DNA of 64,000 nt. It comes from Candidatus Eiseniibacteriota bacterium (GTDB lineage: Bacteria; Eisenbacteria; RBG-16-71-46; CAZEPH01). This document shows, one piece after another, positions 40,558-49,298 of this stretch. Location: positions 17,218 to 81,217 of the forward strand of contig JBGATO010000008.1 in NCBI GenBank assembly GCA_044229145.1. The letters are read 5' to 3'. Made by a program: the position numbers and the translations under genes. Below the pieces are notes generated by a model. That model had not been told where the DNA came from, made no database searches, and was given only the letters and a program-made list of their open reading frames with translations. Each line of letters starts with the position of its first letter. Within the stretch, counting starts at the first letter, position 1.

Positions 40558-41385
40558 CTACCTGCGGCGGGCCGATGATGGGGAGCGGGACACCGGCCGC
40601 CGCCGGGCCGCCACCTTGCGCGCCACCACCAACAGCGGCTGCGCGGGGTCCGACCACGGTTCGTCGCTGTCGTAGTCGCCGTGCAGCGCCTCGAGGGCGA
40701 AGCCGCAACTCTCCAACAGGAGCGACAATTCGGCGGGGAACAGCCAGCGCTGGGTCATCGTGGCGCGGCGCCGGGTGAGCGCTCCCTCCGCGGTGAGCAG
40801 ATCATAGGTCAACTCGGTCACCGTCGTCTGCGTGAGGCGGTCGGGGCGGCGGATCTCCCAGCAGGTGGTGGATCCCCCGTCGGCCCAGGGAATCATGTAA
40901 ACCTGGCGCAGGCGGTCGGCATCGGGATTCTCGATTTCGTTGTAGGGTGAACCGAGCTCCATCAGCAGCAGGCCGCCGGGCGCCAGCGCGCGGTGGCACG
41001 TCTGGAGCGCGGCGCGCTGGCCCTCGGCGCCCTCGACGTGCATGAGCGAGTTGAAGGCCCAGATCGCGGCCTGGTGTCCGCCCGGCAGTTCGGCGCGTGT
41101 GAGATCGCCGTGCAGCCAGGTGACCCGCTCGTGGATGCGGCGCGGCAGGGCGGTGGCGTTCTCGGCGGCCACCGCGAGCATCGCCGCCGAGCACTCGACG
41201 GCGTGCACGCGGAACCGGCGTGCCGCCAGTGCCAGGGCGACGCGCCCGGTGCCGGCGCCGCACTCGAGCACCGGCCCGCGCCGCGGCGAGAGGTAGCGCA
41301 GGTAGAACGGCAGGTCTTGGTCGAAGCCGCCGTTCTCGAAGTCGTACAGACGCGCCAGGACGGCGTCGTCGAACAAATCGTTCAT
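40558..41385 (-). CDS. Class I SAM-dependent methyltransferase
   Basis: VLECGAGTGR motif I, VECSAAML and LAPGG. Confidence 0.85.
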   Translation of the reverse strand: MNDLFDDAVLARLYDFENGGFDQDLPFYLRYLSPRRGPVLECGAGTGRVALALAARRFRVHAVECSAAMLAVAAENATALPRRIHERVTWLHGDLTRAELPGGHQAAIWAFNSLMHVEGAEGQRAALQTCHRALAPGGLLLMELGSPYNEIENPDADRLRQVYMIPWADGGSTTCWEIRRPDRLTQTTVTELTYDLLTAEGALTRRRATMTQRWLFPAELSLLLESCGFALEALHGDYDSDEPWSDPAQPLLVVARKVAARRRPVSRSPSSARRR

Positions 41386-41400
41386 CGTGGGAGGTCATCC

Positions 41401-41847
41401 ATGGAGTGGGGCGAAATGGCTGTGCGTCTGGGCCTCGCCTTGGTGTGCGGCGGGCTGCTTGGGTGGGAACGCGAGAGCGAGGGCAAACCGGCCGGCGTGC
41501 GCACGCACATGCTGGTGTGCCTCGGTTCCTGCTTGTTCCTCCTGGTGGCCGCCCGCACCGCCACCACCCCGAACAACGAGGCGGCGGCGCGCGTCATCTC
41601 CGGCGTCGTGCAGGGCATCGGGTTCCTCGGTGCCGGGACGATCATGCGCGATGGCGGCGCGGTGTTCGGCCTGACATCGGCCGCCTCGATTTGGGTCACC
41701 TCGGCCATCGGAATCGCGCTCGGCGCCGGTGCCTTCGACGTGGCGCTGGTGGCCACCGGTCTGGCGTCGCTCATCTTGCGGTCGATGCTGCCGGGCCTCA
41801 AGCACCGTCCCGGCATGCGCCGTCTCCAGAACGATCAGATGGACTAG
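41401..41847 (+). CDS. MgtC/SapB family protein
   Basis: GWERE...PAGVRTHMLV...GIGFLGAG...GLTSAASIW. Confidence 0.88.
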   Translation: MEWGEMAVRLGLALVCGGLLGWERESEGKPAGVRTHMLVCLGSCLFLLVAARTATTPNNEAAARVISGVVQGIGFLGAGTIMRDGGAVFGLTSAASIWVTSAIGIALGAGAFDVALVATGLASLILRSMLPGLKHRPGMRRLQNDQMD

Positions 41848-41872
41848 CGGGTGACCCACGCCGCTGGTGCGA

Positions 41873-41908
41873 CGAAAGCCGCCTCGGGCGATCCCGGGGC
41901 GGCTTTCG
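41873..41908. terminator. Bidirectional intrinsic terminator
   Basis: CGAAAGCCGCCTCGGG-CGAT-CCCGGGGCGGCTTTCG between convergent MgtC and ferredoxin genes. Confidence 0.75.
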
Positions 41909-41932
41909 CATGCCTGCGACGCGGCGGAGCGG

Positions 41933-42121
41933 TTACTCGAGGATGATCGCGTTGGTCGGGCAGGCGGCGCACGCCTCGCGGACGCACGCTTCCATCTCCG
42001 GGCCCGGGTTCTCCATGATGACGTGCGCGAGACCGTCGTCGCGCATCTCGAAGACTTCCGGGGCGACCTCGGCGCAAATGGCGTCGCCGATGCACAGGTC
42101 GTAGTCAACGATGGGCTTCAT
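41933..42121 (-). CDS. Monocluster ferredoxin with Cys-x2-Asp-x2-Cys motif
   Basis: CIGDAICAEVAPEVFEM...ACPTNAI, with an AGGAGGT RBS. Confidence 0.9.
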   Translation of the reverse strand: MKPIVDYDLCIGDAICAEVAPEVFEMRDDGLAHVIMENPGPEMEACVREACAACPTNAIILE

Positions 42122-42447
42122 CCGCTTTCACACCTCCTGACGAACGGGGGGACATCGCCGCAGCATCGATCACCGATCGGGCGCGCCAGCGGCAGGCCGG
42201 GCGGGGGCGACATCCGCGAAATCGAGGCCACAGACTATATCGGCGGTCGTGCCCGATGCAAGGACGGCGTCGGACCCGCGGCCCCGCCGCCTGGGGAACC
42301 GGCCGCCGGGCGCCCCGCCGCCAGGCCGCAGGCACGGCGCTGGCTGGATCAGGGGCGGGCTTGGTACACTGGGCGGACGATCCGCACCGTGCCCTTCCCC
42401 ATGACATGCGCGGCGACGGCCTGCCCATCTCGCCGGAGGACTTGTGT

Positions 42448-45400
42448 TTGCATCCCGAAGGAACAGCCCGCGGCGCGGCCGGCGGCACCACGTGCGCTCC
42501 GTGCGCTGACCGTGTGCGTTCCCAGGCTCCGCGGCGTGCATCGTGCGCACGGCGCGGCGCGACTTCGCCGCGGGATCCCGACAATTGGCAGGCCGGCTAC
42601 AGCGCAGTGCGCGCCACGGTGGCCGCGCCCGGCGACCTCGACGCGGTGCGCCAGCGCATCGTCGAGGGCGGGGGCGAAGTCGGCGTGATCGTCCCGCCGT
42701 CGAGCTATCCCGGCGAGGCGGTGTTCCTCGGCTGGGTGACGCCCAAAGCCGGCTCGGCGCTCCTCGGACAGCGGGGCATCACGCAGGTGCTGACGCCCGG
42801 CTCGCGCTTCACACCGGCGATCACCGCCGACCTGGAGACCTCGCCCGGGCTCTCGTTCTGGCACCAGGTCGTGAGCGGCGAGTGGACCGAACCGGCTGCC
42901 GTTGTCGAACCGCGGCAGCACGACACCGACGTGCGCGTGCCCGCCGATCTGCCCTTCGGCGGCGGCGACGCGCCGTCGCGCGGCGGCGAAGGCCTGCCGT
43001 CCATCAACGGCACCAGCGACCAGATGACCGGCACCGTGACCACGGCGCTCTTCCTGTGCGAGAGCAACGGCACGCTCGACGCCAACCTCTACTCGTGGAC
43101 GCCGGCCGACTCGGCCGCCGAGGTGAGCGGCGTCATCGGGGCGATGTCGTGGTGGAGCGGCAAGGCGCCGACCTATGGCCAGAGCGTCACCTTCACCGTG
43201 CTCATCTACGGGCCGTCGAGCAGCGTGTCCTCCACCAAGTACGAGCCGGTCATCCACCGGTCGAACGAGGTCTCGCTGTGGGTCAGCGAGATCCTCTCGC
43301 ACTTGGGCTACAGCAGCGGCAGCGACATCACGCGCGCCCGCAACTTCGACAACTCGCTGATCGCGACCTATCACACCAACTGGGCGTTCTGCATCTTCAA
43401 CGGCTACAACCCGCTGCCGGCCAGCGATGCGTACAGCGACGGCACCTCGGCGTGGGCGTATCTCAACGGGCCGTACGAGCAGACGCTGTTCCGTTCGTAC
43501 TCCTGGCTGCCGCAGCAGGTGACCGCGCACGAGACCGGCCACATCTTCGGCGCCTGCGACGAGTACGCCGGCGCGTGCGGCTGCGATGTGTGCAACAAGA
43601 ACACGCTCAACGCCAACTGCGAGTCGTGCAACCCGGCCACCATCGACTGCATGATGAAGGCGAACTCCTACCGGTTGTGCGCCTACACGCCGGGGCAGAT
43701 CGGCTGGCAAACCGCGGTGGCGACGGTGGTCATCGACACCATGGTGGTGAGCGATCCGGCGCCGGCCAACAATGACGGCGGCGCGGACGCCGGCGAAACG
43801 GCGTACTTGAGCATCACGCTCGCCAACATCGGCACAGCGCCGGCGCGCGCGGTGACCGGCACCCTGTCGACCACCGATCCCTACGTCACCGTGTTGACCT
43901 CGACCTCGAGCTTCGGCGACGTCATCCTCACCGCCACCGGCGCGACGCAGTTCAAGGTGTCGATCTCGCCGAGCGCGCCGGAAGGCCACGCCGCGCTGCT
44001 CAAGCTGGTGCTCGCGGGCAGCAGCGGCTTCGCGGCCACCGACACCGACACACTGATCATCTCGCCGACGAAGATCCTGCGCGTGACCCCGTCGACGGTG
44101 GCGAACACTGGACCGGTGCTGCTGCGCCTCGGCGGTCATCACTTCCTCAGCGGCTCGACGCTGCGCATCGAGAATTCGGTCTACGGCACGATCACCGCGA
44201 CCGGTGTGACACGGGTCAACGCCGACTCGCTCACCGGCACCGTCAACGTGACCGGACAACCGCTGTCGCACTGGGACCTCGTCGTCCTGAGCCCGAACGG
44301 TCAGCGGGCCGGCTTGGCCAGCGCGCTGTACATCACGCCGGCGGGGCCGGGCATCACCAGCGCGTCGCCCAACGTCGGGTCGTCCACCGACAGCGTGACG
44401 TTCATCCTGAAGGGCGTGAACTTCAATTCGCCGCTCGGGGTGTGGCTCGAACAGGGCGCCACCAAACGCTATGCGTCGGGCATCACCGTGGTGACGCCGG
44501 AATCGCTGCGCTGTGGCATGTCGTTCAAGGGGCTCGCCGCGGGCGTGTACGATGTCGTCGAGCAGAACTTCGACACGCAGACCGCGCGCTTGGTCGGCGG
44601 TGTCACCCTCTACGGCCCGCCCGACCTGCAAGCCCTCGCGCCCGAGGTCGTGGGGAACGGCGGCACCGCGGTCCTCACCTTCTCCGGGGCGAACTTCGCG
44701 AGCGGTGGCACGGCCTATCTCACCGCGCGCAACAAGGCGCCGATCTACGCCTCGGTGCTGCAATACGACTCGTCGACGCAGATCCGCGCGACCTTCACGC
44801 TGCCCGGCAACGTCTCCGGGACGCGTACGGTGACGCTCACCAACCCCGGCGGCGCGCGGGACAGTCTGGTGGGAGCGCTCAGCATCGTGCCGCCGCCCAC
44901 CGCGCACGTGGTGCACCCCAACGGCGGCGAGATCCTCGCGCCCGGCACCAGCACGACGATCGGCTGGACGGCGCAGAGCTTCGGCAACGGACTGGATCAC
45001 GTGCTCGTCGAATTGAGCCTCGACGGCGGGCTGACCTTCGGCACGCTGATCGCGTCGGCGGCGCCGGAGGACACGTCGGTGACCTGGCTGGTGCCGTCGA
45101 CGGTGACCGACTCGGCACGCGTCCGGGTGATCGCGTACGATGTCGACAACATCAGCGGCGCCGACGACAGTGACGCCAACTTCACCATCGGCACCGCCAC
45201 CGGGATCCCCGGCGAGCGGGTGCCGGCGCGGTGGCAGCTCGTGCGGACCGGCGGCCAGCCGGCGCACGGCGCGGCGGCGTGGCGGCTCGACGTCGCCGAT
45301 CGCGCGCCGGTGGTCGCGGCGGTGTACGATGTCCGCGGCGCGCTGGTGGCGCGTCTGGTGGATGCCACGCTGGTGCCGGGCTCGTACGCACTGCGCTGGG

Positions 45401-45504
45401 ATGGTCGCACGCTGGCGGGGCGCGCTGCCGGGACCGGCGTGTACGTCTGCCGCGTGGACGGCGGCACCCGGCACTTGAGTACACGCGTGGTGCTGGCGCG
45501 CTGA
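42448..45504 (+). CDS. Large zincin-like (HExxH) protein with Ig-like/IPT domains and FlgD-Ig-like tail; start uncertain
   Basis: AHETGHIFGACDEY, Cys-rich segment and CMM turn, PNGGE domain and VYDVRG...WDGR...GVY tail. TTG at 42448 follows GGAGGA. Confidence 0.75.
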   Translation: MHPEGTARGAAGGTTCAPCADRVRSQAPRRASCARRGATSPRDPDNWQAGYSAVRATVAAPGDLDAVRQRIVEGGGEVGVIVPPSSYPGEAVFLGWVTPKAGSALLGQRGITQVLTPGSRFTPAITADLETSPGLSFWHQVVSGEWTEPAAVVEPRQHDTDVRVPADLPFGGGDAPSRGGEGLPSINGTSDQMTGTVTTALFLCESNGTLDANLYSWTPADSAAEVSGVIGAMSWWSGKAPTYGQSVTFTVLIYGPSSSVSSTKYEPVIHRSNEVSLWVSEILSHLGYSSGSDITRARNFDNSLIATYHTNWAFCIFNGYNPLPASDAYSDGTSAWAYLNGPYEQTLFRSYSWLPQQVTAHETGHIFGACDEYAGACGCDVCNKNTLNANCESCNPATIDCMMKANSYRLCAYTPGQIGWQTAVATVVIDTMVVSDPAPANNDGGADAGETAYLSITLANIGTAPARAVTGTLSTTDPYVTVLTSTSSFGDVILTATGATQFKVSISPSAPEGHAALLKLVLAGSSGFAATDTDTLIISPTKILRVTPSTVANTGPVLLRLGGHHFLSGSTLRIENSVYGTITATGVTRVNADSLTGTVNVTGQPLSHWDLVVLSPNGQRAGLASALYITPAGPGITSASPNVGSSTDSVTFILKGVNFNSPLGVWLEQGATKRYASGITVVTPESLRCGMSFKGLAAGVYDVVEQNFDTQTARLVGGVTLYGPPDLQALAPEVVGNGGTAVLTFSGANFASGGTAYLTARNKAPIYASVLQYDSSTQIRATFTLPGNVSGTRTVTLTNPGGARDSLVGALSIVPPPTAHVVHPNGGEILAPGTSTTIGWTAQSFGNGLDHVLVELSLDGGLTFGTLIASAAPEDTSVTWLVPSTVTDSARVRVIAYDVDNISGADDSDANFTIGTATGIPGERVPARWQLVRTGGQPAHGAAAWRLDVADRAPVVAAVYDVRGALVARLVDATLVPGSYALRWDGRTLAGRAAGTGVYVCRVDGGTRHLSTRVVLAR

Positions 45505-45571
45505 CGGCGCACGGACGGAGATCTCATCACGCCGCTTCGACGGGAGGACGTACCTGCAGTCTCGACCGGCC

Positions 45572-46408
45572 ATGGACAGGCCTGACGACGCGCCGCGCCC
45601 CGCGGGGCCGCGCCCTTTTTCCGGCTACCAGCCGGCACCTCTCGGCGCGCCGCCCGCCCGTCGTGAGCCTCCGCGCACCGCTGAGGTGCCTCCGCGTCGC
45701 CGGCCTCAGCGCAGTTGGGAGCGCCCGATCAATCCGGCGCTGCGCCGCGGCCTCACCTTCGCGCTCGTCCTGCACCTGATCCTCGGCGGATTGGTGACCG
45801 TGCGCTGGCACCGCGGCGGCGGCGCGCCCGCCGGAACGCCCGGCAATTTCCACATCGACGTGTCGCCCGAGATCCAGGCCAAGCGCGCGCAGGTCATTCC
45901 GCCTGTCGAGCGGGCGCCGGAGGAACCGCAGAATCCCAAGGCCGAGCCGGTGATCGAGAAGCCGAACGCGAAAGGGCCGATCGAGCCGCGCGCGGTGATT
46001 CCGCAGACGCGCCGGCCGTCCTCGCAGGGCGCGTTGCTGGCGCCGGGCGCGCGCTCGGCGCAGCATGGGGCGCTGACCGCACCCACGTCGTTCCAATTGG
46101 GCACCGGAGGGGCAGGCGGCAACAGCGAGTTCGCCTACTATCTCGCCGGGGTGCGCGCCAAGATCGAGCGCGCGTGGTCGCCGCCGCGGGGCGCCGCTGG
46201 ACGGCGCGCGCTGACCGCCAAGGTCGCCTTCACGATCGGGCGGCGCGGCGATGTCTCGGCGATCACGCTCGAGGAACGCTCCGGCATCGGGTTCTTCGAC
46301 CAATCGTGTCAGGACGCGATCCGGCGGGCCGCGCCGTTCGCCCCGCTGCCCGACGGCTACGGATACGACGACATGCTCATCCACTTCACGTTCAGCTATG
46401 CGGACTAG
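45572..46408 (+). CDS. TolA/TonB C-terminal domain protein
   Basis: TM helix with ALVLH, a Pro-rich linker and a YY..V..KI..AW...SG..FFD....AI..AAPF.PLP domain. Located upstream of tolB. Confidence 0.8.
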   Translation: MDRPDDAPRPAGPRPFSGYQPAPLGAPPARREPPRTAEVPPRRRPQRSWERPINPALRRGLTFALVLHLILGGLVTVRWHRGGGAPAGTPGNFHIDVSPEIQAKRAQVIPPVERAPEEPQNPKAEPVIEKPNAKGPIEPRAVIPQTRRPSSQGALLAPGARSAQHGALTAPTSFQLGTGGAGGNSEFAYYLAGVRAKIERAWSPPRGAAGRRALTAKVAFTIGRRGDVSAITLEERSGIGFFDQSCQDAIRRAAPFAPLPDGYGYDDMLIHFTFSYAD

Positions 46409-47693
46409 CCGCGCGCTGCCGGCGCTGCTCGGACTCGGCGTGCTCGTGGCGGCGCTGTCGTGGCCGCGCACGCCGCAGGCGCAGCGCGAGTTCCGCCTCG
46501 ATTTGTTTGGCACCGCGGCGCCGAAGATCCGCATCGCGGTGCCGGACCCGGATCCGCGGACGGTCCCGGCGCCGGCCCGGACCACGCTCGCCACCGCGAT
46601 GGCGGTGCTGCGCAACGACCTCACGCTGTCGGATCTGTTCGACGTGACGACCGCCGTCTCCGACTCGTGCACCGTGCAGGCGTCGTTGCTGGCGAGCGGC
46701 GGCGCGACCGGCGGCGTCGCGCTGCGGGCGACGCTGACCTCGCTGCCGGGCAGGAATCCCATCGGCTCGCAAGCGAGCAGCTTCGACGACGACACGGTGC
46801 GTCGCGCCATGCACACGCTGGCCGACCAGATCGTCTTCCTGATCACCGGCGAGGCCGGCATCGCGTCCACCCGGATCGCCTTCGTGAGCACGGCGAACGG
46901 CCGCAAGGAAGTCTGGCTGTGCGATGCCGACGGAAACGGCGCGCGGCGGCTCACCGGCGAGCACACGCTGGTGTTGTCGCCGGCGTGGCGCTCGCCGCGC
47001 GAGGTCAGCTACAGCGCGTACCGGCCGGCCGGCGCGACGGTGTGCGCGATCGGCGCCGACGGCCGTGGCCGCCGGGCGATCATCGGCACGCGTGGCCTGC
47101 ACTACGGCGCCGCCTGGACCGCCGACGGCAGCCGCATGGCGTACGTGCGGACGCTCGACGGCGTGAGCGACATCTACCTCGCCGACGCCGAGGGCGGCGG
47201 CGCTCAGGCGCTGTCGCGGCGCTCGACGCGCGTCATCAACACCTCGCCGTGCTTTTCGCCGGATGGTCGTCAACTCGCCTACACGAGCGACCGCAGCGGC
47301 CGGCCGCACATCTGGCTGCGCGACCTGGCCGCCGGCACCGATGTCCGCGTCACGCTCCAGGGCGATTACAACGAGTCCCCGAGCTTCAGCCCCAAGGGCG
47401 ACTACCTCGCGTACGCGACGCGGCGCGGCGGGCAGTTCCGCATCGGGGTCATCCGCCTGTTCGACGGGGAGGCGACGGTCATCACCCGCGGCCCCGGCAG
47501 CGACGAGGATCCCTGCTTCGCTCCCGACGGCCGGCACATCGTCTTCAGCTCGAGCCGCAGCGGGCGACGGGAGGTCTATACCATGTTGCTCGATGGTTCG
47601 GCGGTTCGGCAGGTGACGAACGGTGCGGGGGAGAAGTACTCTCCCGCGTGGTCCCCGCGTGATGCACCCCCCGCATCCGCGACCTCGAATTGA
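46398..47693 (+). CDS. tolB: Tol-Pal beta-propeller protein TolB
   Basis: TRIAFVS and PD40 repeats (P.FSPDG, Y.SDRSG). Located upstream of pal. Confidence 0.88.
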   Translation: MRTSRALPALLGLGVLVAALSWPRTPQAQREFRLDLFGTAAPKIRIAVPDPDPRTVPAPARTTLATAMAVLRNDLTLSDLFDVTTAVSDSCTVQASLLASGGATGGVALRATLTSLPGRNPIGSQASSFDDDTVRRAMHTLADQIVFLITGEAGIASTRIAFVSTANGRKEVWLCDADGNGARRLTGEHTLVLSPAWRSPREVSYSAYRPAGATVCAIGADGRGRRAIIGTRGLHYGAAWTADGSRMAYVRTLDGVSDIYLADAEGGGAQALSRRSTRVINTSPCFSPDGRQLAYTSDRSGRPHIWLRDLAAGTDVRVTLQGDYNESPSFSPKGDYLAYATRRGGQFRIGVIRLFDGEATVITRGPGSDEDPCFAPDGRHIVFSSSRSGRREVYTMLLDGSAVRQVTNGAGEKYSPAWSPRDAPPASATSN

Positions 47694-47801
47694 CGGGCAA
47701 GCGGCGCCGGCGCGACGCACTGCGTCGTGGCGCCTCGGCCGCCCCGCGGATCTCCGCGTGGCGCCGCTCCCTCTCGCGTTGACCTAGGAGGATTGGCGAT
47801 C

Positions 47802-48335
47802 ATGAAGTCGCGTCTCACGCTCGGAATCGCTCTCGTCGTGGTGGTGGCCGCTCTCGCGGTGTCCGGCTGCGCGCACAAGAAGCCGGCGCTGCCCACCAAC
47901 CCGACCGACACCGGAACCCAAACCACACCGCCGCCCGCGCCGCCGGCGCAGCGCGACACCACCATCGACGAACACCCCGGCCAGCAGACCGAGGACGTCG
48001 CCGCGCTCAACGATGTGCACTTCGACTACGACTCGTCCGACCTCACCGACGAGGCGAAGGCGACCCTCAGCGAAAACGGCGCCTACCTCCTCAAGCACAC
48101 CGACGTGTCGATCTCGATCGAAGGCCACTGCGACGAGCGGGGCACCGTGCAGTACAACCTCGCGCTCGGCGAGCGGCGTGCGCAGTCGGCGAAGGACTTC
48201 CTCGTTTCGTACGGCGTGCCGGCCAGCCGCATCAGCACGATCTCGTACGGCAAGGAGCAGCCGCTCGATCCCGGCCACGACGAAGCTGCGTGGGCGCAGA
48301 ACCGCCGCGCGCACTTCGTGAAGGTGGGCCAGTAG
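47802..48335 (+). CDS. pal: Peptidoglycan-associated lipoprotein
   Basis: Lipobox [28 protein letters not shown] and NRRA. Confidence 0.95.
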   Translation: MKSRLTLGIALVVVVAALAVSGCAHKKPALPTNPTDTGTQTTPPPAPPAQRDTTIDEHPGQQTEDVAALNDVHFDYDSSDLTDEAKATLSENGAYLLKHTDVSISIEGHCDERGTVQYNLALGERRAQSAKDFLVSYGVPASRISTISYGKEQPLDPGHDEAAWAQNRRAHFVKVGQ

Positions 48336-48339
48336 TCCG

Positions 48340-49209
48340 ATGTTCCCGAGCGCGCGACCGACGATCGCACGGCCGACGGCCGCCCGGCAGTTCGCTGCCG
48401 GCGCGGCCGCGCTGGCTCTCTCCGGCCTGGTGCTGGGCGGCTGTGCCAGCACCCTCAACATGCCGGGCCGGGTGCAGCGGCTGACCGTCACCGCCGACAG
48501 CCTCGAGCACCGCCAGGCGCGGGTCGAGGCGGCGCTCGGCATGATGCAAGGGCAACTGTCGACGCAAGAGGACCTGCTGCGCTCTACCGGCGCCGGCACC
48601 TCGGCGAAGATGAACGAGGTGCTCGACCGCACCGAATCGGTGGCCGCCAACCTCGACGAAACCACGCGCCTGGTGAGCAAACTCGCCACGCAAATGCAGG
48701 CGCTCGAAGCTCGGGTCGAACGCGGCGGCATGCCGTACACCGGCGGTCCGGCGGGCGACACCCTCAGCACTCCACCCGCCGCCGAGGATTCCACCGCGAT
48801 GGCGCAGCGTCTGATCGGCGAAGCCGCGGAGTTGCGTTTGCGCGGCCAGTACGAGAAGGCGATGGGTAGCTACAAGCGCGTGCTCCGGCTGTGGCCGGGT
48901 TCGCCGCTGGCCGCCGAGGCGCAATTCGGACTGGGCGAAGTGCACGAAGCGCAGCTGCAATGGGACCCCGCGCTCGAGGCGTACCGTGCGGTGGTCGCCA
49001 CCTATCCGTCGTCGGCGCGGGTGCCGGCGGCGATGCTGCATGCCGCGACCGCGCTGACCGCGGTCGGCGATGCCGCGGCGTCCAAGCAGACGTTGCAGAG
49101 CTTGGTGTCCACCTATCCGGAGACGCCGGAAGCCGCGGCCGCGCGCCAGGCGCTCGGGCTCGGCGCCAAGCCGGCGGCGAAGCCGAGTGGCGGCAAGCGG
49201 CGCAAGTGA
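48340..49209 (+). CDS. cpoB: CpoB/YbgF-like TPR lipoprotein
   Basis: Lipobox LGGC, a coiled coil and TPRs ending YP.T..A. Located after pal. Confidence 0.75.
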   Translation: MFPSARPTIARPTAARQFAAGAAALALSGLVLGGCASTLNMPGRVQRLTVTADSLEHRQARVEAALGMMQGQLSTQEDLLRSTGAGTSAKMNEVLDRTESVAANLDETTRLVSKLATQMQALEARVERGGMPYTGGPAGDTLSTPPAAEDSTAMAQRLIGEAAELRLRGQYEKAMGSYKRVLRLWPGSPLAAEAQFGLGEVHEAQLQWDPALEAYRAVVATYPSSARVPAAMLHAATALTAVGDAAASKQTLQSLVSTYPETPEAAAARQALGLGAKPAAKPSGGKRRK

Positions 49210-49298
49210 TCGCCGCCGTGCGCCGGACCGCGATTCGGCGCGTCGCCACCGCGCGTCACTGGACGCCGCCGCGCCCCGATTGCTAGCATAGCGGGATC

